Positions 27,991 to 37,678 of a stretch of DNA of 49,425 nucleotides are shown here, piece after piece. A program made the position numbers and the translations under genes. The notes under the pieces are model-generated. The model was not told the DNA's origin. It made no database searches and saw nothing but the letters and a program-made list of their open reading frames with translations. The stretch is from Acidimicrobiia bacterium (GTDB lineage: Bacteria; Actinomycetota; Acidimicrobiia; Spongiisociales; ZC4RG35), in NCBI GenBank assembly GCA_046756405.1, contig JBHHWH010000004.1, positions 1 to 49,425 of the forward strand. The letters run 5' to 3'. Each line of letters begins with the position of its first letter. Position 1 is the first letter of the stretch.

Positions 27991-29940
27991 ATGACTCAAG
28001 CCCTGGAAAACCTGCTCAGCGAGGAGCGGACCTTCCCGCCTCCCCCGGAGTTCGCCGCCCAGGCGAACGCCAAGCCTGGGATCCACGAGGAGGCTGCTTC
28101 CGACTATCTGGCGTTCTGGAAGAGGCAGGCCCTGGAGCGGATCACCTGGTTTAAAGAGCCCGCGCAAGTACTCGACGATTCCAACCCGCCCTTCTACAAG
28201 TGGTTTCCCGACGGGGAGCTGAATATTTCCTACAACTGCCTCGATCGTCACCTGGCTGAACATGGAGACCAGGTCGCCTACCACTGGATAGGCGAGCCCG
28301 GAGACACCCGGACCATAACCTATTCCGATCTGGCTCGCGAGGTAAACCGCTTCGCCAACGGGCTGAAGAGCCTGGGCCTGGGCAAGGGCGACCGGGTGGC
28401 CATCTACATGGGGATGATCCCCGAACTGCCCATCGCCATGCTGGCCTGTGCCCGCCTTGGGGTGGTTCACTCGGTGGTCTTTGGAGGCTTCTCCTCCGAT
28501 GCCCTAGCGAGCAGGATCCTCGACGCCGAAGCTCATGTCGTCATCACCCAGGATGGCGCCTGGCGGGGAGGCAACGTAGTACCGCTCAAGGCCAACACCG
28601 ACGTAGCCCTGGAACAGGTGCCGGGCGTGGAGCACACCATCGTGGTGAAGCGCACCGACCACGGCGTCGACATGGTCGATGGCCGTGACATTTGGTGGCA
28701 CGACCTGGTGGAAGGACAGTCAGGGGAGTGCGAGCCTGAGGTGCTAAACGCCGAGGATCCTCTCTACATCCTCTACACGTCAGGTACCACGGGGAGGCCA
28801 AAGGGGATCGTGCACACTCAGGGTGGGTACCTGACCCAGATCATGACCACCCACTCCTACGTCTTCGACGTGAAACCGGACACTGACATCTACTGGTGTG
28901 CGGCCGATATCGGTTGGGTAACGGGCCACAGCTACATCGTTTACGGGCCCCTGGCCAACCGGACTACCGGCGTGATGTACGAAGGAGCCCCCAACTTCCC
29001 CGACTTCGACCGGCTATGGCAGATCATAGATGAGTACGGGGTGACGATCTTCTACACCGCCCCCACCGCTATTCGGGCCTTCATGAAGTGGGGAGATGAA
29101 CACGTGGACAAGCATGACCTCTCGTCGCTTCGTCTGCTGGGGACCGTTGGCGAGCCGATAAACCCGGAGGCCTGGATGTGGTACCGGGAGAAGATCGGCC
29201 GCGGGAGGTGCCCGATCGTAGACACCTGGTGGCAGACCGAGACCGGGGCCATCATGATCACTCCGCTCCCCGGCGTGGTGGCCACCAAGCCCGGCTCGGC
29301 AACGTTTCCCTTCCCTGGGGTTTTCGCCGACGTTGTCGATGAGAACGGAGATTCGGTGCCCCTCGGCGGCGGTGGATTCTTGGTCATCACCCATCCCTGG
29401 CCGTCGATGGCCCGGACCATCTACGGCGACGACCAGCGGTTCATCGACACCTACTGGTCCCGCTTCCCAGACAAGTACTTCCCGGGCGATGGCTGTAAGC
29501 GAGATGAGGACGGCTACTTCTGGCTGCTGGGAAGGGTGGACGACATCATGCTTGTCTCGGGGCACAACATCTCCACCACCGAGGTGGAGTCGGCCTTGGT
29601 TGGCCATCCCGCTGTCGCCGAAGCTGCTGTGGTGGGCCGCAAGGACGAGATCACCGGCCAGGCGATCGCCGCGTTCGTGACTCTGCTGGGCGGGGTCGAC
29701 GGAGACGAGGATCTGATCGCTGAACTCCGCGAACACGTGGCGAAGACGTTGGGTCCGATCGCCAAGCCCAAGTCAATCGTTTTCACCGATGATCTACCCA
29801 AGACCCGATCGGGAAAGATCATGCGGCGGCTTCTCCAGGATATCTCCGAGAACCGCCATCTCGGAGACGTGACCACCCTGGCCAACGCCCCCATCGTCGC
29901 CGAGATCGCCGAAAAGGCCGCGCACTCCCCAGAAGACTGA
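27991..29940 (+). CDS. acs: Acetyl-CoA synthetase
   Basis: [51 protein letters not shown]. Confidence 0.97.
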   Translation: MTQALENLLSEERTFPPPPEFAAQANAKPGIHEEAASDYLAFWKRQALERITWFKEPAQVLDDSNPPFYKWFPDGELNISYNCLDRHLAEHGDQVAYHWIGEPGDTRTITYSDLAREVNRFANGLKSLGLGKGDRVAIYMGMIPELPIAMLACARLGVVHSVVFGGFSSDALASRILDAEAHVVITQDGAWRGGNVVPLKANTDVALEQVPGVEHTIVVKRTDHGVDMVDGRDIWWHDLVEGQSGECEPEVLNAEDPLYILYTSGTTGRPKGIVHTQGGYLTQIMTTHSYVFDVKPDTDIYWCAADIGWVTGHSYIVYGPLANRTTGVMYEGAPNFPDFDRLWQIIDEYGVTIFYTAPTAIRAFMKWGDEHVDKHDLSSLRLLGTVGEPINPEAWMWYREKIGRGRCPIVDTWWQTETGAIMITPLPGVVATKPGSATFPFPGVFADVVDENGDSVPLGGGGFLVITHPWPSMARTIYGDDQRFIDTYWSRFPDKYFPGDGCKRDEDGYFWLLGRVDDIMLVSGHNISTTEVESALVGHPAVAEAAVVGRKDEITGQAIAAFVTLLGGVDGDEDLIAELREHVAKTLGPIAKPKSIVFTDDLPKTRSGKIMRRLLQDISENRHLGDVTTLANAPIVAEIAEKAAHSPED

Positions 29941-29941
29941 C

Positions 29942-29995
29942 CGCGAACCTAATGCACCAGGGCCCGGATTTGGGCCTGGGCGGGAAAAGTTCGCG
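29942..29995. terminator. Imperfect long hairpin between convergent acs and MBL genes
   Basis: Outer CGCGAAC...GTTCGCG and inner GGCCC-ggattt-GGGCC. Confidence 0.4.
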
Positions 29996-30063
29996 CTGGC
30001 TTTCAGTGAAGGCCGTTCTGTTTGAGCAATCCGTATCCGGACCCTGGATCCTTGCGAACGCGG

Positions 30064-30876
30064 TCAGCCAACCAGGGACCTTACGGCGTTGGAGCCGCCG
30101 GAGGTGACGGGCTCGCCGTGGCCGAAGAGGATTACTTCGTAGTCGAATCCGGCCAGCTTGATCACCGACAGGTTGGCGAGGCCCATGTCCTCGGTGAAGT
30201 CGGGGTTGGGTCCGATCACTCCACCGTTGGCGCCGTTGATGGCGTCCCCGGCCACCAGGATCCCCGCGGCTGGATCAAGGACCGAGATGTGACCCGGCGT
30301 ATGCCCCGGCGTTTCGATGATCTCCAGATCGAAGACTCGGTCGCCATCCCCGACGGGCATCCCTCGAACGGAAGCGAAGATCAGCGGGAGATCGCCCCTG
30401 CCTGCATACCACGGAGCCGCTGTAGCCAACTCGAGGACGGCTTGGAGGCTCCCCTGATGGTCGGGGTGCTTGTGGCTGATGATCACATGGGCAACCGAAT
30501 CCCATCCCAGACCAACTGCGGCGAGGGCTTCTCCGATGGCGGCTTCGCTTCCCTCCACGCCGGTATCCACGAGGGCCGCCTCGCCGTCGCGATAGAGGAC
30601 GTAGGCGGAGACGAACCCCAGGTTGGCTCTCTGCCAGGCATGGCCTTGTGCCGGAGTAGCGGTTCCCTGAGGGCGGGTTGTCTCCGCTGGGGGCGCTGTG
30701 GGGCCTGGTTCAGTGGGTGCCCCCGTCGGACCGGGTTCGCTAGGTCCCTCGGTGGGCGCCGGTTCCAGGTCCGGTCCCGGGGCGCAGGCGGCGGCCCCAA
30801 CAACGAGGAGCGCCAGTCCAGCCCTTCCCATGTCCCGGAGCAGAATCCGTCGTGTGATCGGATGATGCTGTTGCAT
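30064..30876 (-). CDS. MBL-fold metallo-hydrolase with Tat lipoprotein signal
   Basis: TRRILLR twin-arginine, AAAC lipobox, P/T linker, VDTG, SHKHPDHQG, TPGHTPGH, AGDA, FGHG. Confidence 0.88.
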   Translation of the reverse strand: MQQHHPITRRILLRDMGRAGLALLVVGAAACAPGPDLEPAPTEGPSEPGPTGAPTEPGPTAPPAETTRPQGTATPAQGHAWQRANLGFVSAYVLYRDGEAALVDTGVEGSEAAIGEALAAVGLGWDSVAHVIISHKHPDHQGSLQAVLELATAAPWYAGRGDLPLIFASVRGMPVGDGDRVFDLEIIETPGHTPGHISVLDPAAGILVAGDAINGANGGVIGPNPDFTEDMGLANLSVIKLAGFDYEVILFGHGEPVTSGGSNAVRSLVG

Positions 30877-30936
30877 CAAGAAAAAACTACTCCACCTTCA
30901 CGACGCGCGTCGCCTCCGAACGCGTAGTGTTCGGCC

Positions 30937-32295
30937 ATGGCTACCAAGATCACCCTTCCCGAGTCGGAGATGCCGACTCAGTGGTACAACATCATTCCCG
31001 ACCTGCCGTCGCCGCCTCCGCCCGTACTACATCCGGGAACGCATCAGCCGATAGGACCGGACGATCTGGCTCCTCTGTTCCCTATGGATTTGATCCTTCA
31101 GGAGGTCTCTCAGGACCGGTTCGTGGAGATTCCCGAGGAGATCCTCGACGTCTACAGCCTGTGGCGACCCAGCCCGCTCTACCGGGCCAAGCGCCTGGAG
31201 CGCATCATTGGTGGGCCGGCGCGCATCTACTACAAGTACGAAGGGGTGAGCCCGGTCGGCTCCCACAAGCCCAATACGGCCGTCGCCCAGGCCTTCTACA
31301 ACGCCAAGGCCGGGGTGCGGCGGCTCACCACTGAGACTGGTGCTGGCCAGTGGGGTTCGGCTCTATCGTTTGCCTGCGCTCAGTTCGGCCTCGACTGCGA
31401 GGTCTACATGGTACGGACCTCGTTCGATCAGAAGCCCTACCGCAAGGCTCTGATCGAGACCTTCGGAGCCACTATCTACGCTTCTCCGTCTAACAACACC
31501 CAGTACGGGCGATCGGTACTGGAGAGAGACCCTGACACGCCGGGGAGCCTTGGGATCGCTATCTCCGAGGCAGTGGAGGTGGCCGCCACCAACGAGGACA
31601 CGAAGTACTCCCTGGGTTCGGTGCTCAACCACGTCCTGATGCATCAGACCGTTATCGGTGAGGAGGCCCTGAAGCAGCTCGCCCAAGTGGGCGAAACGGC
31701 CGACGTTGTCATTGGTTGCATCGGCGGCGGTTCCAACTTCGCCGGACTCGCCTTCCCCTTTGTCAGGGAGAAGATGGCCGGGAACATGAATCCGGTCATC
31801 CGAGCCGTGGAACCGGCGGCGGCTCCTTCGGTGACCCGGGGCGAGTATCGCTTCGACTTCGGCGACACCGGCCAGATGACGCCCCTGGTGAAGATGCACA
31901 CCCTTGGCCACCCCTTCGTGCCGGAGCCGATTCATGCCGGGGGCCTGCGCTACCACGGCATGGCGCCGCTGGTCTCGCACCTGGTCGAGCTGGATCTAAT
32001 CGAGGCGGTGTCCCTCCACCAAACCGAGACCTTCCGTTATGCCGTCGAGTTCGCTCGTTCCGAGGGCATCATCCCCGGACCGGAGCCGACCCACGCCGTG
32101 GCCGAGGCCATCAGAGAGGCCGAGCTAGCCAAGGAGACCGGAGAAGAGAAGGTGATCCTCTTCAACCTCAGCGGACATGGCCACTTCGACATGGCGGCTT
32201 ACCAGGCGTTCATCAACGACGACCTAGTCGACTACTCCCACCCTGAAGACAGGATCGCCGCGGCGCTGGCTCAGGTACCGCCGGTCGCCGAATAG
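30937..32295 (+). CDS. trpB2: TrpB2-type tryptophan synthase beta (PLP enzyme)
   Basis: [60 protein letters not shown]. Confidence 0.95.
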   Translation: MATKITLPESEMPTQWYNIIPDLPSPPPPVLHPGTHQPIGPDDLAPLFPMDLILQEVSQDRFVEIPEEILDVYSLWRPSPLYRAKRLERIIGGPARIYYKYEGVSPVGSHKPNTAVAQAFYNAKAGVRRLTTETGAGQWGSALSFACAQFGLDCEVYMVRTSFDQKPYRKALIETFGATIYASPSNNTQYGRSVLERDPDTPGSLGIAISEAVEVAATNEDTKYSLGSVLNHVLMHQTVIGEEALKQLAQVGETADVVIGCIGGGSNFAGLAFPFVREKMAGNMNPVIRAVEPAAAPSVTRGEYRFDFGDTGQMTPLVKMHTLGHPFVPEPIHAGGLRYHGMAPLVSHLVELDLIEAVSLHQTETFRYAVEFARSEGIIPGPEPTHAVAEAIREAELAKETGEEKVILFNLSGHGHFDMAAYQAFINDDLVDYSHPEDRIAAALAQVPPVAE

Positions 32296-32419
32296 ACCTT
32301 CCCTAGAAGCTGGGACAGTCGGGCTCTCCTAGGAGGGGCCGCATCGGGAGGGCGTAGGGCTGGCCGCTTCGCGCCGGCTGGAACGCGCTGGGAGGACCTG
32401 CGGTTCCCGACCCGTGGGG

Positions 32420-33703
32420 TCAGTCGCGGCTCGACTCCCAGCTCGATAGTCCTTTATCCACCAGGTCGATGGCCCAGTCCAGCTCTTCAATGGTGGTGAT
32501 CAGCGGCGGGATGAAGCGGAGGACGTTCCCGTCGGGCCCACAGTCGATGATGATCAGGTCCCGCTCGAAGGCGTAGGCCTGGACGTGCTTGAAGGCCTTC
32601 GCATCTGGAACCCGGGTCTCCCGGTCTTCGACGAAGTCCACGCCGATCATCAGACCCAGACCGCGCACGTCTCCGATCGTCGGGTGCGCCTCGGCCAGCT
32701 CATGGAACCTCTGGAAGGCACGGGCCGAGAGCTTCCGAGCGTGGGGGAGGAGGTCACCCATCGTGTCGATCACCGCGGCACAGGCCGCGGTTGCCACCGG
32801 GTTCCCCCCGTAGGTGGTGCCGTGAGCACCCACCGGCCAGGCGTCGATGATTTCTCTAGTGGCGCCGTAAGCGGAGAGCGGCAGGCCGTTGGCGATCCCT
32901 TTGCCCAGGGCGACGATGTCGGGTTTTGCCTCGTAGTGGTCGGCGGCGAACCACTCGGCGGTCCTTCCGAACCCGGTTTGCACCTCGTCGTAGATGACCA
33001 GGATGCCGTGTTCGTCGGCGAGGGTCCGGATCTCGGAGAGGAACCGCTGTGGTGAGGGGTAGTAGCCACCTTCACCCTGGACCGGTTCGATGAGAAAGCA
33101 GGCGATGTTCTTTGGTGTCACCTCATGGCGGAACATGGCCCGCAGCTCATGGAGGCAATGGTCGGTCGCCTCATCTTCGGTCATCCCCCAGCGGTAGGGG
33201 TGGGGGAACGGGGCCACGAACACCGACCCCAGCACAGGGTGGTAGCCGTCGCGATACTTGGCGTTGGAGGTGGTGTAGGTCACCGATCCCATCGTGCGTC
33301 CGTGGAAGGCCCCGCGGAAGGTGATCACTCCCTGCCGTCCTGAGGTGTACTTGGCCAGCTTCACCGCGGCTTCCACTGCCTCGGCGCCGGAGTTGGCGAA
33401 GGCGAACTTTTCGATTCCGGGCGGGGTTATCTCCCGCAACCGTTCGGCTGCCTCCACCACCGTGTCGTAATGGAAGATCATCCCCGAGTGGCTCAGCCGC
33501 TCCAGTTGTGACTTGGCGGCTTCGACGACCGCGGGATGGTTGTGGCCGAGGTTGGTGACGGCCGTTCCGCAGGCAAAGTCGGCCCAGCGGTTGCCCTCTG
33601 GATCGGTGATCCACAGGCCTTGAGCGGTCACTGCGTGGATGTCGGTGCTGAAACCGATGACCGGGGCGATCACGTCCCGGTGTCGGCGTAGGAGGTCGCT
33701 CAT
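32420..33703 (-). CDS. Class III PLP aminotransferase (GabT/AGXT2-like)
   Basis: NLGHNHP, NSGAEAVEAA, FHGRT, EPVQGEGG, DEVQTGFGRT, GKGIANG, TYGGNP. Confidence 0.92.
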   Translation of the reverse strand: MSDLLRRHRDVIAPVIGFSTDIHAVTAQGLWITDPEGNRWADFACGTAVTNLGHNHPAVVEAAKSQLERLSHSGMIFHYDTVVEAAERLREITPPGIEKFAFANSGAEAVEAAVKLAKYTSGRQGVITFRGAFHGRTMGSVTYTTSNAKYRDGYHPVLGSVFVAPFPHPYRWGMTEDEATDHCLHELRAMFRHEVTPKNIACFLIEPVQGEGGYYPSPQRFLSEIRTLADEHGILVIYDEVQTGFGRTAEWFAADHYEAKPDIVALGKGIANGLPLSAYGATREIIDAWPVGAHGTTYGGNPVATAACAAVIDTMGDLLPHARKLSARAFQRFHELAEAHPTIGDVRGLGLMIGVDFVEDRETRVPDAKAFKHVQAYAFERDLIIIDCGPDGNVLRFIPPLITTIEELDWAIDLVDKGLSSWESSRD

Positions 33704-33762
33704 AGCTCGGAGACTAACGGGTCGGTGAGGACCCGGGACCGGCCGGTTAGCGTGACCAGATC

Positions 33763-35061
33763 GTGCCCAGCATCAGATCGACCAGAGTGGTGGTCGAAGG
33801 TGAAGTTCGCCCGGCCACCGTTCGCCACGAGGAGGGGAAGATCGTCGCCGTCGAAGGTGGGACCGCCGACGTCGACTTTGGCGATTTGGTGGTGATGGCG
33901 GGCTTGGTGGACAGTCATGTTCACGTTAACGAGCCGGGCCGCAGCCACTGGGAGGGCTTCGCCACCGCCACCGCTGCCGCGGCCGCCGGAGGGACCACGA
34001 CGGTCGTCGATATGCCCCTGAATTCGATTCCCCCTACCACCTCGGTGTCAGCCTTGGAGGAGAAGCAGAATGCGGCTCGGGACCGGCTCTCTGTGGACGT
34101 GGCGTTCTGGGGTGGGGTTGTAACCGGATCGGAAGGCCAGATCGAGCCGCTGGTCACCGCCGGTGTCTGCGGTTTCAAGGCCTTCATGGCCGACTCCGGC
34201 GTCCCCGAGTTTCCTCCCCTCGACGTCGAGGCCCTGGCCACAGCGATGGCCTCAGTGGCCCGGGCGGACGTACCCCTTCTTGTTCACGCCGAAGACCCCC
34301 AACGCTTGGTTCCTCTCACCGGGGACCCCACTCGATATGTCTCTTACCTGGAGACCAGGCCCGTAGACGCTGAGGTCGAGGCCATAGAAGTCGCCGGCAG
34401 GTTCGCCGGGGAGACCGGAGCCCAGGTGCACATACTCCACATCTCGTCCGGGGAGGGAGCCGGGAGGGTCGCAGGCCATGCGGATCTGAGCGGAGAAACG
34501 TGTCCCCATTACCTCACCTTTGCCGCCGAGGAGATTCCCGACGGTGGAACCCTCTTCAAATGCGCCCCTCCCATCAGGGGGGTTGAACACCGGGAGGCGT
34601 TGTGGGAGGCCCTCGGCTCAAGGGCAGTCGACGTCGTCGTCTCCGACCACTCGCCGGCGCCACCGGAGTTGAAACAGGTGGACTCGGGAGACTTCACCCG
34701 AGCCTGGGGCGGCATCAGCTCCCTACAGCTTCGTCTTCCTGCCATCTGGACGGGAGCCGTGGCTAGAGGCTTCGCAGCGACGGATCTGGCGGAGTGGCTC
34801 TCCGCCGCCCCTGCTCGCCTCGCCGGGGTTGACGACCGTAAGGGATCGATTCGACCGGGAGCCGACGCCGACCTCGTTGTCTGGGATCCCGAGGCGGCAC
34901 TCACCGTCCGAGGTGACGAGCTGTACCACTGTCATCCGTTGACCCCCTATGAGGGGATGACCCTCCGCGGAGAGGTGGTTGCCACGATCCTGGGCGGCGA
35001 GACCGTCTACGACGGCCGCAGGGTTACCCGAGGACGTGGCAGGATGCTGACCAGAAGATGA
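33763..35061 (+). CDS. allB: Allantoinase
   Basis: DSHVHVNEPGR, WEGF, DMPLNSIPPT, VHAE, ETCPHYL, FKCAPPIR, VSDHSP, AWGGISSLQ. Confidence 0.95.
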   Translation: MPSIRSTRVVVEGEVRPATVRHEEGKIVAVEGGTADVDFGDLVVMAGLVDSHVHVNEPGRSHWEGFATATAAAAAGGTTTVVDMPLNSIPPTTSVSALEEKQNAARDRLSVDVAFWGGVVTGSEGQIEPLVTAGVCGFKAFMADSGVPEFPPLDVEALATAMASVARADVPLLVHAEDPQRLVPLTGDPTRYVSYLETRPVDAEVEAIEVAGRFAGETGAQVHILHISSGEGAGRVAGHADLSGETCPHYLTFAAEEIPDGGTLFKCAPPIRGVEHREALWEALGSRAVDVVVSDHSPAPPELKQVDSGDFTRAWGGISSLQLRLPAIWTGAVARGFAATDLAEWLSAAPARLAGVDDRKGSIRPGADADLVVWDPEAALTVRGDELYHCHPLTPYEGMTLRGEVVATILGGETVYDGRRVTRGRGRMLTRR

Positions 35062-36488
35062 TCGACCTGCTCTCCAACGCCGTCGGAGGTCACGTGGTGG
35101 CCTGCAACGACCAGTTCTTCGCTGAGGCGGCCAACTTGCTGAAGGTGTCGGAGCCCGAGTGGAAGGAAGGTGTCTACACCGACCACGGGAAGTGGATGGA
35201 CGGCTGGGAAACCCGCCGTCGACGCGAGCCCGGCCACGACTGGGTGGTCCTTGCCCTCGGGATCCCGGGTCGCGTTCGACGGGTGGTGGTCGACACCTCG
35301 TATTTCACCGGCAACTACCCCGAAGCCTTCTCCCTCGAAGCCTGCGGGGTGGGTTCGGACGAACGTGTCGACTCCGCGGGGTGGGCCGAACTGATTCCGC
35401 GCACCCCGCTTGAGGGAGACGCCGTTGCCACCTTCGATGTCACGGAACCTCACCGGGTAACCCACGTTCGGGTCAACATCTACCCCGACGGAGGAGTGGC
35501 CCGCCTGAGGGTCCACGGCCACCCCCTTCCCAGCATCGGACTGGTCTGTCCGGAGGAGCCCACGGATCTGGCGGGTGCTGCCGTCGGAGGCCAAGCCCTC
35601 GACGCCTCGGACAGCCACTACTCCGACCCTTCGAACCTGCTGCTCCCCACCAAGCCCGCGGGAATGTGGGACGGCTGGGAGACCCGCCGCCGCCGACAGT
35701 CAGGACACGACTGGGCCACCTTCCGCCTTGGCCTCCCCGGCACTGTGGAGCGGCTGGTGGTGGACACCACCCATTTCAAGGGCAACGCTCCAGGATGGGT
35801 CTCGTTCGAGGTCTCAGAGGAGGGGACCGCGTGGGAGACGGTGATCGAGCGGGCACCGGTCCAGCCTGACGCAGTGAACGTCGTTCCTATGGAACCGCCC
35901 GCCCCCGCCGCGTTCGTGAGGCTGAGCCTCCACCCCGACGGCGGCGTGGCTCGCCTGAGGGTGATGGGGCGGCCTGCTGCCCGGGTGGCCGTGACCCGCA
36001 GGCTGGAGTACCTCAACGCCCTCTTCGACCCTGAGGCCCAGCGCTTCTTCAATGCGGTCTGCGCTTCGTCGAGGTGGGTGGAGACGATGGTCTCGGCTCG
36101 TCCCTTCGAGTCTCCGAAGTCGGCGTTCATCAGCGCCGAGGAGGCGTTCGGCCTCCTTGAGCCCGGGGACTGGCTGGAGGCGTTCGCCGGGCATCCCCGG
36201 ATCGGGGAGAGCGGTGACGCGGTGTCAGCACGGGAGCAGGCAGGGACGGCTAGGGCCCCCCGCCGGCTTCTTGAGGAGCTAGCCGCGGTGAACGCCGAGT
36301 ACGAGCGCCGGTTCGGGTTCACCTACATCGTCTACGCCACGGGGAAGACCGCCGAAGAAATGCTGGAGATTGCCCGGGGGAGGCTGAACAACGCCAAGGA
36401 GGAGGAGCTCTCTAATGCCGCCGCTGAGCAGAAGAAGATCACTTGGACGAGACTGCGACGCATGCTTTGTGTCTCGGAGGAACAGTGA
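35058..36488 (+). CDS. alc: Allantoicase fused to a C-terminal OHCU decarboxylase (UraD) domain
   Basis: Two allantoicase repeats (DGWETRRRR x2, PDGGVARLRV x2) continue without a stop into UraD motifs (CASSRW, ARPF, HPRIG, YERRFGFTYIV). Confidence 0.92.
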   Translation: MIDLLSNAVGGHVVACNDQFFAEAANLLKVSEPEWKEGVYTDHGKWMDGWETRRRREPGHDWVVLALGIPGRVRRVVVDTSYFTGNYPEAFSLEACGVGSDERVDSAGWAELIPRTPLEGDAVATFDVTEPHRVTHVRVNIYPDGGVARLRVHGHPLPSIGLVCPEEPTDLAGAAVGGQALDASDSHYSDPSNLLLPTKPAGMWDGWETRRRRQSGHDWATFRLGLPGTVERLVVDTTHFKGNAPGWVSFEVSEEGTAWETVIERAPVQPDAVNVVPMEPPAPAAFVRLSLHPDGGVARLRVMGRPAARVAVTRRLEYLNALFDPEAQRFFNAVCASSRWVETMVSARPFESPKSAFISAEEAFGLLEPGDWLEAFAGHPRIGESGDAVSAREQAGTARAPRRLLEELAAVNAEYERRFGFTYIVYATGKTAEEMLEIARGRLNNAKEEELSNAAAEQKKITWTRLRRMLCVSEEQ

Positions 36489-36799
36489 GCACCCTCAGCA
36501 CCCACGTCCTTGACTCAGCCAGCGGCGAACCGGCCGCAGGACTGCGAGTACACCTGGCCCGTAAGACCTCCGACGGGTGGGAGAGATTGGCCGAAGCCAC
36601 CACCGACGCCGACGGCCGAGCGTCGAATCTGGGTGATCTCGACCCCGGCACCTACCGCCTTGGTTTCGAGACCGGGGAGTACGGCAACGACTTCTACCCC
36701 TTTGTCCATGTCGTGTTTGAGGTGGAAGGGGAACGGTCTCACTACCACATACCCCTTTTGCTGAGTCCCTTCGGTTACACCACCTACCGGGGAAGCTAA
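36485..36799 (+). CDS. uraH: 5-hydroxyisourate hydrolase (transthyretin-like)
   Basis: LSTHVLD, TDADGR, FYP, HYHIPLLLSPFGYTTYRGS. GTGA overlap with alc. Confidence 0.95.
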   Translation: MSTLSTHVLDSASGEPAAGLRVHLARKTSDGWERLAEATTDADGRASNLGDLDPGTYRLGFETGEYGNDFYPFVHVVFEVEGERSHYHIPLLLSPFGYTTYRGS

Positions 36800-36819
36800 A
36801 GCCTCTTCCTCTCCCCGGA

Positions 36820-36872
36820 CCGTTCTGTGAGTGGAATCCGCGGTATGGCCAGTAATTCCCCTCACAGAACGG
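36820..36872. repeat. Palindromic repeat, copy 1 (REP-like)
   Basis: CCGTTCTGTGAGTGGAAT-17 nt-ATTCCCCTCACAGAACGG, 18-bp arms with 1 mismatch. Confidence 0.9.
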
Positions 36873-36903
36873 ATCTGTCACAGGGGTGGGGCATCTTGAG
36901 GGT

Positions 36904-37614
36904 ATGGGGAGAGCCGAAGAAGAGGTGGCGGCGGTCGCCGCCCAGCAGAAGTTCATGGTCAGTCGTGGAGACGTTCTTCGCGCCGGCGGCACCGACAATG
37001 CGATCCGCTGGCGCATCGCAAAGGGCGTGTGGATCCCTGTTCAGGCCGGGGTCTACCAGACGGACCGGCGAGCCCAGGATTGGCGCTCCAAGCTCCTGGC
37101 CGCGGTGCTGGCGGGAGGGGACGGTTCCGTTGTCTCCCATCGAGCCGCTCTGGTGCTGTGGGGGATGGACGGCATCAGTTCGGCCCCAGTGGAGATAACC
37201 GTGCCGTATACCCATGGTCCGATTCCCAGGGGCACAATGGTGCATCGGACGAGGAGGCCGGTTGAGGCTGGGGTCGTCGACGGGATTCCGGTCACCAGCC
37301 CAGAGCGAACCCTGCTCGACTGCGCAGCTCTTCTTCCCCGGCTGGTGGTCATCAAAGCTCTGGAGAGCGCTCTGCGGATGCGCCTGACTTCGGTGGCCAA
37401 CCTCTACGACATGCTGTCCGCCAAAGGTGGTCGGGGGGTGCGAGGAACGAAGAAACTGCGGTCGATCCTCGCCGAGCGGGTGTCGGATACCCCCACCGAC
37501 AGTGGTTCGGAGACGGAGATCCTGTTTCACATGCGCAGAGGGTCCCTTCCCGAGCCCGAACTCCAGCACGAACTGTTCTCACTCGAGGGCGAGAGGATGG
37601 TTCCGGACTTCTAG
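36904..37614 (+). pseudogene. AbiEi-like/DUF559-type protein, C-terminally truncated
   Basis: AAQQxxxVSR...GVY N-terminus, SHRAALVLWG, GIPVTSPERTLLD, DSGSE, LPEPELQ. Stops at VPDF, where the DUF559 nuclease core normally continues. Confidence 0.7.
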
Positions 37615-37618
37615 GCTC

Positions 37619-37667
37619 TTCTGTGAGTGGAATCCGCGGTATAGCCAGCTATTCCCCTCACAGAACG
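37619..37667. repeat. Palindromic repeat, copy 2 (REP-like), direct orientation
   Basis: 46/49 identical to 36823-36871. All three differences are in the loop. Confidence 0.9.
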
Positions 37668-37678
37668 AATAGGGGCCT

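Noticed and set aside
3-29940. HDAC-Acs acetylation regulatory module
   Set aside because: The genes are 27 kb apart with no acetyltransferase nearby, so there is no positional evidence.
32296-32419. Structured element between trpB2 and the aminotransferase
   Set aside because: Only short GC-rich pairings (GTCGGG/CCCGAC, CCGCA/TGCGG), as expected by chance.
36820-37667. CRISPR array or classical IS
   Set aside because: Only two repeats, separated by a gene of about 710 bp. No cas genes, no DDE/HUH transposase motifs, no evident target-site duplication.
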